From the NCBI RefSeq assembly GCF_009914755.1, contig NC_060930.1: DNA of 64,000 nt; one strand, 5' to 3'. Below the pieces are notes generated by a model that was not told the DNA's origin, made no database searches, and was given only the letters and a program-made list of their open reading frames with translations. Shown piece by piece: positions 43,975 through 61,824 of this stretch. Within the stretch, counting starts at the first letter, position 1, and every line of letters starts with the position of its first letter. The stretch is from the human T2T-CHM13v2.0 reference genome, Homo sapiens. A program made the translations under genes and the position numbers.

Positions 43975-44372
43975 TGTCAAAGAACAAAATTTCAACACAT
44001 TGAGTTTTGAAGATTGAATTGACTTTTATTAGTTATCCATGCAGTGGGAAACCTCCCAGCAATGAAATAGAAAGACACTCTGCTGAGCAGAGAGGCTGGG
44101 CCTTATAGGCAGAAAAGCCTCAAGAAAGTGGAGACAAGGAACAAGAAGCAGATTTGTCATTTCCCTGTATGGGTTAAAGCAGAAGGGACTTCCTAATCAT
44201 GCCGGCTCAGGTCTCCTTTTCTATTGGCTGTTGTGAATCTCCTGGGTTTTTGTTGGTGATGTTTTAAACTGGCCTAACCCCAGTGACTCCTTTCTGGTCT
44301 AGTCTGGTCTCTTGGGGCCTATTGTAGGAGCTCAGTCTAGAACAATGGCCTCTCATAAATTTTATTTAACCA
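43975..44372 (-). mobile_element. ERV1-type solo LTR (MER67-like)
   Basis: tgtcaaagaacaaaatttcaac...ttttatt...gcctattgtaggagctcagtctagaacaatggcctctcataaattttatttaac. Confidence 0.65.
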
Positions 44373-44436
44373 TACAAACTAAAATGTTTGCCTTTAGGGT
44401 TCTAGTTGATATATTTAGAAAATGTAATAAGAATTA

Positions 44437-44804
<368 letters not shown>

Positions 44805-45994
44805 TTAAAGTTTATCTCAACCTTCTTAAAACTCTACCTGCGTTTTAGATAAGCTTCTCCAAGATTTACTAGCTCAGCTCTGCCCAGTTATTAAACAGCT
44901 ATGTATTCCTTTCGTTTGGTTAACAGCACACACATGTTTTCCTCCATTATACTTTTAAATAGAAACAGAATTTAATATTTAAAGAGTATGTCAGGAAAAA
45001 ATGTGAAGAACTCTGAAATGAGCAAAAAAGTTATCTAATATTCTTCCAATGGAATATTACATAGTGCCTAGTGCACCTTTCCCAGTTATCTGATTCTCTA
45101 AGAACTGAGCCATTTTACAACTTTAAAAATTGTAGAAAACTGATAGTAATGGAAATAAATCTTGCCCATAAAGATGTAAGAGAACTGTGTCCAGTAGAGA
45201 TTCAATTGATTTCTCCGTGGTGAAAGTGGCCAGTTTTGCATTTATCAGGAAATTCACTTCATGATCATTTATTTCCTATTTATGTCAGTTTTACAGATTC
45301 CCCTTTGTTTTACTAGTTTCCTCATTAATTGATGGTAATAACATCTTACTAGTTCCTCATTAACTAATAGCTTAAATAAAATCGTTGACATGTATTCATT
45401 TTATATTGTATGTGAGTCAGAATTTTACCATTTAAAAGGTTTCCTTTAGCAATAGGGAACTATAATTATTGCAAACTAATTCTGTACTTAAAAGAATGAA
45501 AAAAATTAGAGCAAGACTTATCTAATATGTTTAAGTAGACAATGTTAACAATGATAATTCTTATCAAGCCCTCCAAAAGAATTGTGAAACCCCTGTGAGC
45601 TCTATTTCCATGTGATCATTTCCCTCAGAAAATCTATCAGTTTAATTATCTTTTCCTGAAGAAATCTCAGCTGGGCCTTCCTTACTCCTCTTCCACTCAG
45701 AATTATTTGCACAACTGTGGTCCTGGGACTTTCCTTTCCATCTCTATATTTCTGGTCTTATGTTTTCCTCTTTCTTTGTTTAACCCCGTATTTTTGAGAT
45801 GCATATCCTATGGTATCTTTTGAGAAAGTGTTCACAGGGAATAGATTTTAGAGACATTGCCAGTCTTAAAATATATCCTTATCCCACTTTTACTCATGAT
45901 TTGTTAGTTTGGCTAGGTATGGAATTCAACAAACCTCACTCCCAACCCCTTCCTCCAAATGATTTCTTTAAAATGGTAAATGTGTTTCTTTACT

Positions 45995-46145
45995 TTTTAA
46001 AAAAATTGTTTTATTTGTTTATTTTTAAGAGACAGAATCTTTCTATGTTACCCAGGCTGACCTCAAACTCCTGGGCTCAAGTGATCCTCTCATTTCAGCT
46101 TCCGCAGTAGCTTGGGTTACAGGTGTGTGATGCCACACTCAGCTT
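45995..46145 (-). mobile_element. FLAM_A-like Alu monomer
   Basis: Monomer; TSD aatggtaaatgtgtttctt/aatggtaactgtgtttctt. Confidence 0.85.
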
Positions 46146-46147
46146 AG

Positions 46148-46977
<830 letters not shown>

Positions 46978-47793
46978 TGAGAAGACAAATGCCGTTTTTA
47001 GTCTTTTTCTTCTAGGAATCCTCTATTTTTCCTTCCGGAAGCTTTTAGAATTTTTCTCTTTATTCCAGTTTATGGAAATTTCACAATAAAGCACATTGGT
47101 ATGAGTCTTTTTTTTTTTTCCATTGTACTGGTCCTCAGTGGGTTCTTATTATCAGGAAACTCAGATTATTCTGTTGTGGTATGTTTACTGGTGTCATTTT
47201 AATACTCTTCTCCCCTTGGTATTTTGTTTTCTACTTCTGGAATAAATTGACCCTCCTCAAATTTTCTTTTCTCTCTACTTTGTAAGGTATTTTTTTGTCT
47301 TTTTTTTCCGTATCCAAGAAGATTTTTCTAACTTTACCTTCCAACCCTCTTTTATTTTTCTTCTGTCATATTTTAAACTTCTAAGAATTTGTTCTTGTCT
47401 TTGCTCCTTTCACTATGACGTTAGTTTAATTCTATGGATGCTATAACTTTCCTTGACTCTTTGAAGATTTTTAATTATAGATTTTTAAATGTGTCTTTTA
47501 TTCCCAAATTAGCTTTATTTACAAAACAATCTCCTCAACTCAGGGAGTCAGCTGAGCTCTGCTTGGTTTCCCTTCTCAGCTCCCCAGCCTCGAAATTCTC
47601 TAAAGGCAGTAAGCTTGGGCAATCGTAGGACTTACCTCATTTGTTTTCCATGTCTCAGGATTCACTGTCCTTCGTTGACTAATGTCCATTGTCTCAAAAA
47701 CAGATGTTTCATATATTTCATCAGTTTTTTTAGTTGTTTCGTAAAGGAAGATAAATTCTCTCTTATCCCATCTTAGGAAAAAACCACAAGTTT

Positions 47794-47824
47794 TGTGTGT
47801 GTGTGTGTGTGTATGTGTGTGTGT
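47794..47824. repeat. (TG)n microsatellite
   Basis: About 15 TG units with one TA interruption. Confidence 0.95.
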
Positions 47825-49109
47825 CCCCTTATTAATTTTGTTATTCAAAATATACATTTCTAAGATTTCTTGTTGTATTAATAGTTTTTCAACTTATTTC
47901 CTTTAATTTTCTTGATATAACATTTATGTCTCTTATTTATACTTTAACCTAACTGTAATAGACTGTGCTTAGCCAATAATGTCTCAAAATAGTGTCATGT
48001 GTGGGAAACTTTGTCTTTTAAAGCTTCTGGTGTTTTCACTGTAAGCCTAATGCTGACTTTGAGCTTGAAATATCTTTTTATTGTTATTTGGTGAAGACAG
48101 TATCTATTAGAGTTTTATTGTTTGTGTGTTTATCTGTGTTTTCAAATGAGAACTAGTTATAGAACTTTATTAAAATGTCTTTGCCATTGATTGAGATGAG
48201 TATACTTTTTCTTTTGATCTATTTTTAATATAGTACAATATCACAATATATATGTCAAGTGCTGAGCTGTAGTTCATTTTTGAAAATAAATTTCATTTGG
48301 TATATTTTAATGTTTTGCTGAATTTTGTATTCTGAATACTTATTTAGGATTTGTCATCTCTATCTTAAGTGAGATTGGATGTTAGTCTTTTTTAGTACTA
48401 TGTTAGTAAGGTTTTGGTACAATGTTACTTTGCCTTTCTAAAAATAATTTGAAAGGTTTGTATACTTCTCAGTGCTCTGGAACAGTTTAAATAGCACTGG
48501 AATTATCTGTTGCCCCAAACTTAAATGTTTGAAATAATTCACCTATGAAGCAATCTAGGCCTGACATTTTTAGCCTGACACCAGTAGATGTAGGAGTCAG
48601 AGAAGTGGGTGGATAGATCTTCAATAATCTTTTCAACTTGTTCTGTGGTTGTTGCTCTGTTCTATGTCTTTACATCTTCTGAGGTTGATTTTGTAAATTT
48701 ATATTTTCCTAGAAAATTCCTCTCTCATACAAATCTCCAAGTTCATTTGCATATCATTTTGAAAGGTGATGTTTAATAGTACTTTAGTCTCAGAATGTGT
48801 GGTTATTTCTAATTTCTTATTTATAATTATATACACAATTGGTAATTTTTTTTCCTTTGTCTTCTTGATTAAGCTGGGTAAGGGTTAACATATAGTTAAG
48901 ATGTAATGGACTTTAGAGTAAAAATTCCTGGATCCAAATCCTGTCTCAATTATTGTTTGTCTTTAGTGTTTTTATCTGTAAACATGTGTATTTATTAGGA
49001 TAGATTAGGTTATGCCGTGGAAACAAATGTTTCCCTTTAATGTAACTTTTTAAGTGGTAGCAGGGCAATGAGAGAAAAGGAGTGATTGGGGCGAGAGATC
49101 ACTATTTTT

Positions 49110-49300
49110 TTCAACACCTACCATTTGCCAAGCACTGTGTTTAGGAGCTTAATGTAAATTACCTTGTAGGTTGGTGTATTAACACAAATGAGGGAACTGA
49201 GCCCGAGCAAGGTGAAGTAACTTGCTCAAGGTCATACAGGTAATAAGACACAAGCCTCTCTGGTCCCAAACCCCATGGTCTTTCTATTATACCACATAAC
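49110..49300 (-). mobile_element. MIR SINE
   Basis: caacacctaccatttgccaagcactgtg...acaaatgagggaactgagccc..ggtgaagtaacttgctcaaggtcatacag. Confidence 0.82.
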
Positions 49301-49326
49301 TGGCTTGGGGAAACAAAGCACCAGGA

Positions 49327-49516
49327 CAGTAGTTCTCCAAGTGTGGTCCTCAAGCCAGCAACATCAGCATCACCTAGGAACTTGTTAGAAATTCAAATTC
49401 TCAGACCCTACCCAGACCGACCCCAGAATCAGAAATTCAGAGAGGAAGACCCAGCACTCTGTGTCTTAACAAGCCCCCTGGTGAGTCTGATGTCCACTAA
49501 AGGTTGAGAACCAGTG
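49327..49516. mobile_element. MER5A hAT-Charlie MITE
   Basis: TIRs cagtagttctccaa / ttgagaaccagtg; catcagcatcacctaggaacttgttagaaat. Confidence 0.9.
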
Positions 49517-51299
49517 CATGAGGCCATTTGTACTCAAGGGTATTTGATGATGAAGGGCTCGTAAACCTCCATTTAATACTTTCCTAGCATCTCTTCTCCT
49601 TCAAACATAAAAAGCAATCATAGAGGTGCTTCCTAGGAAGGAAGGAAGGCCCTCCTGTTGCTTCCACAAATCCGTTGTCAGCAGCAGCACAGTAGCTGCT
49701 CTTATGTTCCCAGATGTTATTGCACTGATATAAGGAGTCCAACAGAACCCTGCCCCAAGGGCCTGTGAGTAACAGCATGTACATTCTACACTCCCCTGGA
49801 GAATAGAGAGCCCAGGAGGGCTACAGAGAAACTTCCTGTCCCTTTGTACTTATAAAAATGTAGAAGAAGTGGGGAGTGGCTTCAGAGCTCAAGAGAGGAT
49901 TCTCACCATCCTTAATAAAGGAAATCCAGCAAAAGAGGCCCCTGACAGAACAGATTACCCCTAGGGAAGCATGAATCCATCACTCACTCTTGCATTTTTT
50001 AACAATATTAACATCTGAAACTTTGTTTAAAAGAGCAGGGAAGCAGTGTGGTGGGCAGGGAAAATCATGAAAAAGAGATGCAGTCCATGGGGTGCCTAGA
50101 GGGAGTAGGAGATGGTGTTGCCGGTCAGCCCATCAGGGTCTGTGGGCTGTAGGGACTTGTTAAAGAACCACAAGACACCACCTTTTTTCACAGCTGATAA
50201 AGCTTCCTCCCTTCTATTCACTGCTCCCCTTCAACTATTACCCTCACCTGCCAGGGCCCCAGACAAGTTCAAGTTTTCCCTAAAGCATCCAACTCAAGAC
50301 AAATGACCCACTTTACTGTGCCCTGAGAGAGCCTGGAATTGGGGAATTACAGTGCAGGTCACACTGTCATTTTGTAATTTGCTCTAGACATGTGTCAAAT
50401 TTCAACTTGCTGCCAAGACAGAGCCCAGATCTGAGGGTATGCTGGCAAAACTAACCACACAAACTTTACTTTGGATCCAAATCCTCAAGCAGAATTATGC
50501 TGACCTTTGAATGTTCAAACAGTGTTAAGTTTAGAGAGTCGGTAGAGGAAAGCGTTAGGTTAAGCAGGAACCAAAAGCCATCAATCACTTTGGTCAACCA
50601 CGATGAAAAAAAGAGGAAAAATTCGATTATACCCATGGGAATTGTCCTCACTTCTCTAGTCACTGCAGAGTCAGGCCAGCATGTGAAATCTCAGTCCCCT
50701 CTTTATTTATTTGCTAACAAAAGGAAGAGTGAGAAGAAAAATATATTTGCTTTTCACTAAGCAAACATCACAGGTGGGTGTTGGTTGTTTCTCTTTCTTT
50801 TCTTGGAGAACAGTTTTTTGGGATTTTTTTTTTTCTTTTTGAACAGATGCTGGTTACGAGAAACAGCCTGGATTCTAAATGAGTATTTTTCTATAACAAG
50901 GCTGGTATAACAATGCACTATTTGTGAATTATACTGCTATGATTACCTGAAGAATGGAAGTGGGGATTTAGGCTGATGTTAAAAAGCAAGCTGAATTATT
51001 TAGTGGACTTAATCATACAGCTGCCTCTGCTTGCCCTTAAAAACTAGGTCGCCAGCCTCTTGCAGAAGAAGAAAATTAACACTGAGTTTAAACGAATCCC
51101 ATCAACATGAATCAAACTCGACTTTCCCCAATCAGTGAGACCAGAGGCACTGCTCTATGTTTAGCCGTTTCACCAGCCCACAGCCACAAAAGCGGCCCCT
51201 TCCCGCTGTGTCTATGCCCTCCTCATTGCCAAACTAAAGACCTTGCTCTCAAATATGAACTGCAGACTCATACATGTATATAAACATTTGCCACTTTGT

Positions 51300-52477
<1,178 letters not shown>

Positions 52478-53965
52478 TAAATTTTCGTCTCTTCTTTATC
52501 ATTTTCATACCAGTAAAATCAGATTAAAATGAAAATGTTATGGATAATATTTTGGTATGTACATATTATAATCAGCATACAGCCTATAAAAATCCTTGGA
52601 AGGAAAGAGGAAAATATTGTTGCCAGGTTCCCAGTCTCTATCTTCCCTGCTGGTGGGGTGCTAAAGAGCATCATTTCTATGTTAGCACCTGTGGCTTGCT
52701 GCCATCCACCCCTTCCCTTCATGCACACTTGCAGGTAGCCTCCCCAACTCATTCAAGTCTTCTTGCCCCCAAAGAAGCTCAGATAAAGCTCTCATTACCC
52801 CCAAACTCTTTCTGGGTCTACCTCCTCTAACCTCTTCCTATCAGCCCTGGGGCAATCAACCTCATAATGGAGGAGGACCCCAGCTGCCCCAAGCCCCATC
52901 TTGGGGCTGCAGATAAGAAGGTCTGTCCATACTGGCATTCCAAGTGGACTTGGCAACAGCTGCTAACCGCCTAATGTACAGCCTGTGTTCTAATCCTAGT
53001 GTCACCAGCCACAAGTCATTGGGTCTGCCCTTGCAGAGAAAGGTTGTTTAACTTATGAAAGGTGTACTAGGTGTCATCTCTTCAACCTCCCTTCGTTTTC
53101 CTTCCTCTTTTTTAGCTCTAGGGAAATTTAGGGGATCTGTACTCTCTAAAGTTCAACAACTCCTCAGGGTCCTTTGGAGTTTAGGATTCTGTCTCTGAAC
53201 TCTTCTCTACTGGTGAGCATGGGGCAGGGACTAGAATTGAGACCAACTGGAAATGTCAACAGAGAAAGCTGTAGTATTTTAAGTTACTGTCTGTCACCTA
53301 GATGTCATTCCATCATCCACATTATTGGTTCATTCTCCATAGCATTCATGAAAATAGGAGTGGAAAAAAGGCAACTAACATCTCCTGAGTACCTGCTATG
53401 TGCAGTGCTGTGCACAGATGATTTAGGTTTTCACTTAATCTTTACAAGAACCTAAAATATCATCTCTTTTGTTTCAGTTTTATAAATAAGAAATTTAAGC
53501 CAATGAGAGAACAAGTAATCAGTTATATAGGTAGCATCTAATAGAATTATTATTAGAGTCCAGGATTTTTAATACCAAAGTTCCTACCACAGTAAAACAA
53601 ACCTATGAACAATACCTGCTTTCTCAGAGTGTCCACAGCACATCAAAATGTGGATAAACTAAGATTTTATATTTTAAAATCCAGGGAGCTTGTTTTTACT
53701 TTAGAGATATTTAGAGAACTGTAGATGCCAGTTGTTTCTTCCTTAAACTAGTTGATTTTATTGCATCACTCACAAAAATTATTTACTTAGTTGACAAGCC
53801 TGGAGATTCACCACACCTCATTTATTTTAATATTTGTTACAGTGACACAACTAGAAAAATGCATCACAAAAACAAGAATCAGCCCAGGATGGCCTTAAAA
53901 TGTAGAGCAGAATGGACAAGGTCTCATTCTCATACTGTCAGACCATACTCTTTGGGGCAAGTTTT

Positions 53966-54317
<352 letters not shown>

Positions 54318-54841
54318 TTGAGGCAAGTTTTTTAATGGACTGTAAATAAAAATCCTGAAGCCAGAAAACAGGAAATTTTAGAGTTCAGCCCAAAAAATTC
54401 CTTGAGTGTCATTTCAATTTGCATAATCTAAAAATTAAAAAAAAACAACAACGGAAACCAAATGTTATGCATTGAATCAATTTCAAAAGTCTGAAAAACA
54501 AAGAGGAGGACGCCTTCTTCCCCCTGGCCCTAACCTTCAATTGAGTGTGTTCTGTCCAAGATCTCATGATTCTAGGAATGTGGAAGATGGCTTTGCTAAA
54601 CAAATGAACAAACAAACAAAAATAGTAATGTTGACTCACTCCAGATCCAGAAAGGCAATAGAAACCTTTTACTCCTTGGGATGAATTCAAACAAAGGTAA
54701 TGAGAGAAACTGAAATGGAAGGAGAGACGAGAGAGATATTCCTCTCCCAATTTGTCACCTTTAGGATCATAGCGTTGTTGGTATTCCCCTTCATCTGCAG
54801 CACCTTCCTCTCCCAATGTTCTTCCATATGACAGATGCCAA

Positions 54842-55178
54842 GGCCAGGCCCGATGACTCATGCCTGTAATCCCAGCACTCTGGGAGGCCGAGGCGGATGG
54901 ATTGCTTGAGCCCAGGAGTTCAAGACCAGCCTGAGCAACATGGCAAAACCTTGTGTCTACAAAAAAATATAAAAAATTAGCCAGGTGTGGTGGTGTGTGC
55001 CTGTGGTCCCAGCTACTCAGGACGCTGAGGTAGGACAATCAATTGAGGCCAGGTCAAAGCTGCAGTGAGCCGTCATTATGTCACTGCACTCCAGCCTGGG
55101 CAACAGAGCAAGACCCTGTCTCAAGACAAGAGGAGAGGAAGGGAGGGGAGGGGAGCGGAGGGGAGGGGAGGGGAGAGA
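54842..55178 (+). mobile_element. AluJb-like with (GGGGA)n purine tail
   Basis: Full Alu to about 55125, then gaggagaggaagggaggggagg... Confidence 0.92.
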
Positions 55179-55267
55179 AACCCAGCAAATTAAAGTGAAA
55201 ATCTGCCTTGCACCACACCTGGGAATTTGTGGATATAAACCATACCCATTAGCTGGGTTAGAGTTCA

Positions 55268-55573
<306 letters not shown>

Positions 55574-57700
55574 TCAATTATGACATTTTATGGCATATGC
55601 TGCAAGTGTTGTAAGGTTTCAGAAAATAAGGGAATTAATTTGAACAGTGTTTGTAGACAATCCTGCTTAGTAAATTCCTTAGCTCCAACCTACCACTTCA
55701 CCATAGCAGCCACCCCCAAGCCTGGAGGCTTCTCTGCAAGGTCAGTTGGCCCTTCACTTTGGTATTAACCCTGAAGTCTTCAGACATTTATTCCTTACTA
55801 GCTTCCAGCTCAAATAAACAGAAAAGTATTAATAAACTACCATGTACAAAGTACTTCCTGTGTTTAGAAGACACAGCAATCACTAAGAAGCCGGTATTCT
55901 CCAACAACACTTTTCTTTCATCTTTGGATATGGGCTGCTACAGAAGGGAGACATGTAACCTGGGGCAAGGCAACTCTCTTCCGTCAGCACAAATATTGCA
56001 GAGGGCTGACAGCTGAGGGTATCTGCACATAGCACTACCAGCAGGTAGAGGAGTAAGTCCTCCAGTGCTGATGAGGGATGCAGGCAGTACATTACAGCAT
56101 CCACTCTGGTCTCTCCTTTATACTGCCTGGATCCACTACTTTAAGTTCTAGAAGCATCTCCTCTAGGATTCCAGCTGTGAGGTTGGAGGATGGTAAAGAT
56201 TCTCCTAAGGGAAACATAAGAGGAAATGGTTTGTAGGACAAGCTGCAGCCTTGGCCCTTGCAGCCCTGGCCACTGCAGCTGGTTTCAGGGTTACAACTGA
56301 TATCCATGATCTCATTCCTCTTCAACAATTGTATTGACTCCCCTTTCTCTTGTCTAGCACCTCTGCTGATTGTGGTGGCTTACCCAAGGCATATCCAGAT
56401 CCTCATTCCCAAGGAATCTCAGTCCCTGGTCCCCTGCTGCTGCATTTAACCATTTATCATCAATAACAAACAAGGGAGTATGAAGAATGAATTCCTTGCG
56501 TGACAAACATTTTTCTCCCTGCCCATTGTGCAACAGAAGTGACACTTCCTCCAGATATTCAGGGTTAATTACCTCTGCTAGAATTGTGACTTGAATTACT
56601 GTTTTAAGCCAACTCATTCTTTAATCAAGTTCAGACTTTTGCCTCATTCATTCGCTGATTGTTACAGAGGTGTAAGTTCAGAGGTTGCCATCTAGCCTTC
56701 CTCACTACAATAGCTTTAATCCACAGGCCAAGGAACCAGTGTGAAGATTGTGCTGCTACCAAATGTGTCTTCTCCAACTATACATTCAGGCACTGGAAAA
56801 AGGACTTCTGACTGAGTCTGTGAACCCGATGGCACATTGCAATTCAGATGTGGACAGAGATCCATTTAGTACCAGGTGTCATATGCCCCTCCTCTAACAG
56901 ACGGCTCATGTTGATGCTCTGAATCTCTGTGTATCAGTGAACTCAGACCCTGTGCCCGGTCTTGAAATCTTTGGATATTCCCTTTTTCACAGCATACAAT
57001 TTCCTGAATAAATGCAGATTCCTTTGGGAAGTACTGAGGGAATCATTAGCTGTTAACTCATGTGGTATTGCAGAATTCTTTCTCTTTGGGACCCAACCTC
57101 TCCTTCAGTGGGTTCTGGGTTTGAAAACTGGCTCAGATCTAGAACTGGGAGACAGGTTATGACTTTTTGTTGGAGCAACTGCCGTTAGCATTCTGATCAT
57201 CTGCTCTTGATTTAATTTGTCATGTCGATCGAGTAGTGACTTTGTTGCCTGCCCGTAGTGATAAAGAGTTGTGCTAAACATTTCCATCATTCTCTGTGGG
57301 TCAGATTCCCTGGCTATTCCTCTGTCCTTGACCCTCTTTATGGTAAGTTTTGCCCACCTGGCTTCTACAGGTTCAGTGGCACCACCTGCAGCTACTGTCA
57401 TGACAACCTCCCGTCACCGTTGTTATCAGAGAGTACAGCTCTGCAACTTCATCTCCTACGATCAGCCCCGACCTGCAGACAGTAGCTACCTCCGACCTTC
57501 TTAATGATGTTGGTGCCACTTTTATCCACATTTCTTAGTGCTTTGACCAATGGTGTATCATATGGGACCTCCGTGGAGCATAGACATCTGGTGGGTTTTC
57601 CAGCCTTAAGTAATGTATCTATCAGAGTGCCCGCTTTTGAGTCTTTTCAGCCCTTCTACCATAGCTATGACAATAATGTGTTTCTACTTCACTTAATGTG

Positions 57701-58003
57701 TTTTTTTTTTTTTTTTTTGATGGAGTCTCACTCTATCTCCCAGGCTGAAGTGCGGTGACGCATCTCGGCTCACTGCAAGCTCCGCCTCCCAGGTTCACAC
57801 CATTCTCCTGCCTCAGCCTCCCGAGTAGCTGGGACTGCAGGCGCCCTCCACCACACCCGGCTAATTTTGTTTGTTTGTTTGTTTTAGTAGACACGGGGTT
57901 TCACAGTGTTAGCCAGGATGGTCCCCATCTCCTGCCCTCGTGATCCGCCCACCTCGGCCTCCCAAAGTGCTGGGATTACAGGCATGAGCCACCACGCCCG
58001 GCC
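57701..58003 (-). mobile_element. AluY
   Basis: ctgcaagctccgcctcccaggttcacaccattc; gtgttagccaggatgg; T18 tail; TSD taatgtgt. Confidence 0.94.
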
Positions 58004-58546
58004 TAATGTGTGTTTTTTCCGTGCCTGTGGGAGCCATTTAGTAGCATGTTCATGTCATCTGCAGATGTCCTAGACAAAATGTGAAATCCTGTATTCCATA
58101 ATTCTCTCAAATTGATAAATCCTCCATCATTCAGTTTTATATTCTGACACCACCGATCCAGTCTCATTTATAGTCTCCTGGCTCCCACAGGCACTTGCTG
58201 GCTGAGTCCTAATAGCTCCTAAAGCTCTGGAACCTTTCCCCCTTTATCTGGCCCAGCTCAGTCCTCAGCCAAGTCAGACTGTGACTTAACCCTAGTTATT
58301 GTCCTGGTGACCAGGAAAGTCAGGGACAGATTCTGAGACCGACACATGTTTTCCTACAGGGGAGAGAACACTGCATGATCTTCAAAGGTGGGAAGAGCAC
58401 TGGTGCTTAATGGGAAGGAATCAACCCCTTCTGGGAGCTCAGGGCCTATAGAGAAATCCTAGAATTTAAGCTTTTTTAACTGCAAAATCCTGCAACATCT
58501 CGTGTGTCAGGGTCTTATTCCTTTCCAACCAAGGTGAGGATTTTAA

Positions 58547-58955
<409 letters not shown>

Positions 58956-59003
58956 CTGTTAATCTTGTGATTAAATCAGGGGCCTCAAGTTCTCGGCCCT
59001 TAG

Positions 59004-59300
<297 letters not shown>

Positions 59301-60174
59301 GGAGAGCTTCTATATAAACTACCAAGGAAGTTGTCTGGCTTTCACACTTAGCCTTTAGTTGCTGCTTAATCCCTCACAGCTTTTCATTATTTAGTTCCTA
59401 AACTGTCCATTGTGCTTAGCAATAGCCAGCCACTTCCACTTAGAGTTACTTTTCCCCCTACAAATCCCTGATGCATGGCACCTGCTGGAGCATTCTCTTC
59501 GTTCTGGAATACATTTCCAGTTCACCTCCAGTACGAGTGTTAATAAGTGCAATGCTACCTTGTGCCAGGTGCTATCTGACGGTTGGTAAGGTCGTCATTG
59601 CCAATGAGCAGTGAGTGAGCCAGCTCCAAAAATCCCATCTTAGCATCTGGTTTCTCAAACTATTCCTGGCACTGACTATCACAGGCTGGGTTCCTAGGAA
59701 GCAAACTTAGTGATAGAGAGTCATACTCAGGAAATGTGTTACAGATTGCTCTTGCAGTTCATACCTGTGGAAGAGGAGAGGAAGCAGGGCTGGGTAGAGA
59801 AAGAAGTTGGGCTGTATTGCAGGTTCAACAAAGCTTCAGGGGACTCCTTGAAAAGCTCTGAATGTGAGATGGCCAAACACAATTGTGCAGAATCTGGCCG
59901 GCCTTTTCAGCTTTTTACCACTAGTCACTGGATACAGGCTGACCCAGGAAGGGGGTCTTGAATTTGGGTGAGGTGACCCTCTTTAAATAATTCTGAAGAG
60001 AATTGATAGGTGAAGGCTCTGTGGACAATACTCTCTGCAGCTGGGGGAATAGAGTCTTTTGGTGCTAGCTGGGCACCTAGGTGGCCCATCTCAGCACCCT
60101 CTACAGCTTCTCTCTTTATAGTATAAGGATGTGGGATAATTAACACAGGCAAGAAACCGTAGAGGACTAACTTT

Positions 60175-60336
60175 ATTTTTCTTTTAGTTTTTTTTTTAAT
60201 TGACATATAATACTTGTAGATATGCATGGGGTACATTGTGATATCTCTCTATATAATATATAGTGATCAGATCAGGGTAATTAGCATATCCATCATCTCA
60301 AACACTTATAATTTCTTGTTTTGGGAATATTCCATA
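60175..60336 (-). mobile_element. L1MA-like 3' end, short 5'-truncated insertion
   Basis: atggggtacattgtgata..tgatcagatcagggtaattagcatatccatcatctcaaacac; TSD agaggactaacttt/agagcaccaacttt. Confidence 0.85.
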
Positions 60337-60606
60337 AGAGCACCAACTTTAGACAGCTGACCCTGGAAGGCTGTGTGCCCACAAAAGGAGTGTTTGGTTC
60401 AGAGAAATTGCGTGAGCTAAATAGAGTGCAGGTCACTGAGTCTGACAGAGGTCAAGGCTAGATGTGGGGAGAGCACTGCATGGAGGCTCAGGAGACAGAG
60501 ACTGGGGCCTTTCCTTTCTCAACTACTGAATGACTGGTAAAGTTGATTTACCTCTCTGACCCTCAGTTTCCTCTTCCAGAAATGAAGGTGATGGACCAGT
60601 CATTGC

Positions 60607-61700
60607 TTGTGTCTAGAATACATAAAGATTTCTCAAAACTCAACAATTAAATTAAAAATTCAAAAATTAGAAAAGGGGCAAAAGGCAAGCAGACATTTCA
60701 CCAAAGAGGATATACAGATGGCAAAATAAGTACACAAAACGTCAAAGCTCAACGTCATTAGTCATGATAGAAATGCAAAATAAAACTACAGTGAGATATC
60801 ACTACACAACTGTCAGAATAGCTAAATTTAAAACCAAATAGTGATAACACCAAATGCTGGTAAGGATGTGAGGAAACTGAATCATCCATATATTGCTAGT
60901 GAAAATGTCTTGGTTCAGCCACTCTAAAACCAGTTTGGCAATTTATTTAAAAACTAAACATATGCTTACCATATGACCCAGCAAATGCACTCATAGGCAT
61001 TTATCCCAGAGAAATGAAAACTTATTTTCACACAAGAAACTGAACATGAATGTTCATAGCAGATTTATTTGTATGACCAAGAACTGGAAACAACCCAAAT
61101 GTCCTAACTGAATGGCTAAACAAACTGTGATACATCCATACCATGGAATAGTACTCTGCAATACAAAGAGAAAAAAACTGCTGATCTATGCAATAACTTA
61201 AGTGGTTCAAAAAGGAATCATGCTGAATGAGAAAAGCCAATCTCAGAACTGTATATACTGTTTGATTTAATTTATACAACAGTCCTAAAATGATAAAATT
61301 ATAGATATAGAGATCAGATTATTGGTGGCCAGACACTGGGAGAGGGAAGCAGAAGGAGCGAGGTGGCTGTGGCTCTGAAAGGGAAACATGAGGGACCCTT
61401 CTGATGGAACTGTTATATGTTTAACTGTGGTGGCGATCTCATGAATCCACACATATGACAAAATTACATGAAACTAAATACACGCGCGCGTGCACACACA
61501 CACACACACACACAATGAGTACATGTAAAACTGGTGAAATCTGAATAATATTGGTGGATTCTATCAATGTCAATTTCCTGGTTGTGCTATTGTACTACAA
61601 TTATGCAAGCTGTTGCCAACTGGGAGAAACTGGGCAAAGAGTATATGTATTATTTCTTACAGTTGCATGTGAATCTATCATTATCTCAAAATGAAGTTAA
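60607..61700 (+). mobile_element. L1MD/MC-like ORF2 end and 3'UTR
   Basis: agacatttcaccaaagaggatatacagatggcaaa; ttaccatatgacccagca; atttcttacagttgcatgtgaatct. Confidence 0.88.
61479..61514. repeat. (CG)n/(CA)n alternating purine-pyrimidine tract
   Basis: tacacgcgcgcgtgcacacaca... Confidence 0.95.
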
Positions 61701-61824
61701 GATGTTATCAGAGGTGGCTTTAGGATTGCATTAATAGATCATCAATCAGGAAAGTGATCATCACCCTCCAATTCGACCAGTGGAGAGGTTCATTGAGAAA
61801 AGAGTCATTTAGCCAATTGTATAT

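Noticed and set aside
54409-55038. 209-aa ORF (-)
   Set aside because: N-terminal part is Alu-derived and the remainder shows no recognisable homology
57376-57395. CTCF-like motif (ctgcaggtggtgcc on the minus strand)
   Set aside because: Imperfect match inside ERV gag-like sequence; cannot be supported without ChIP data
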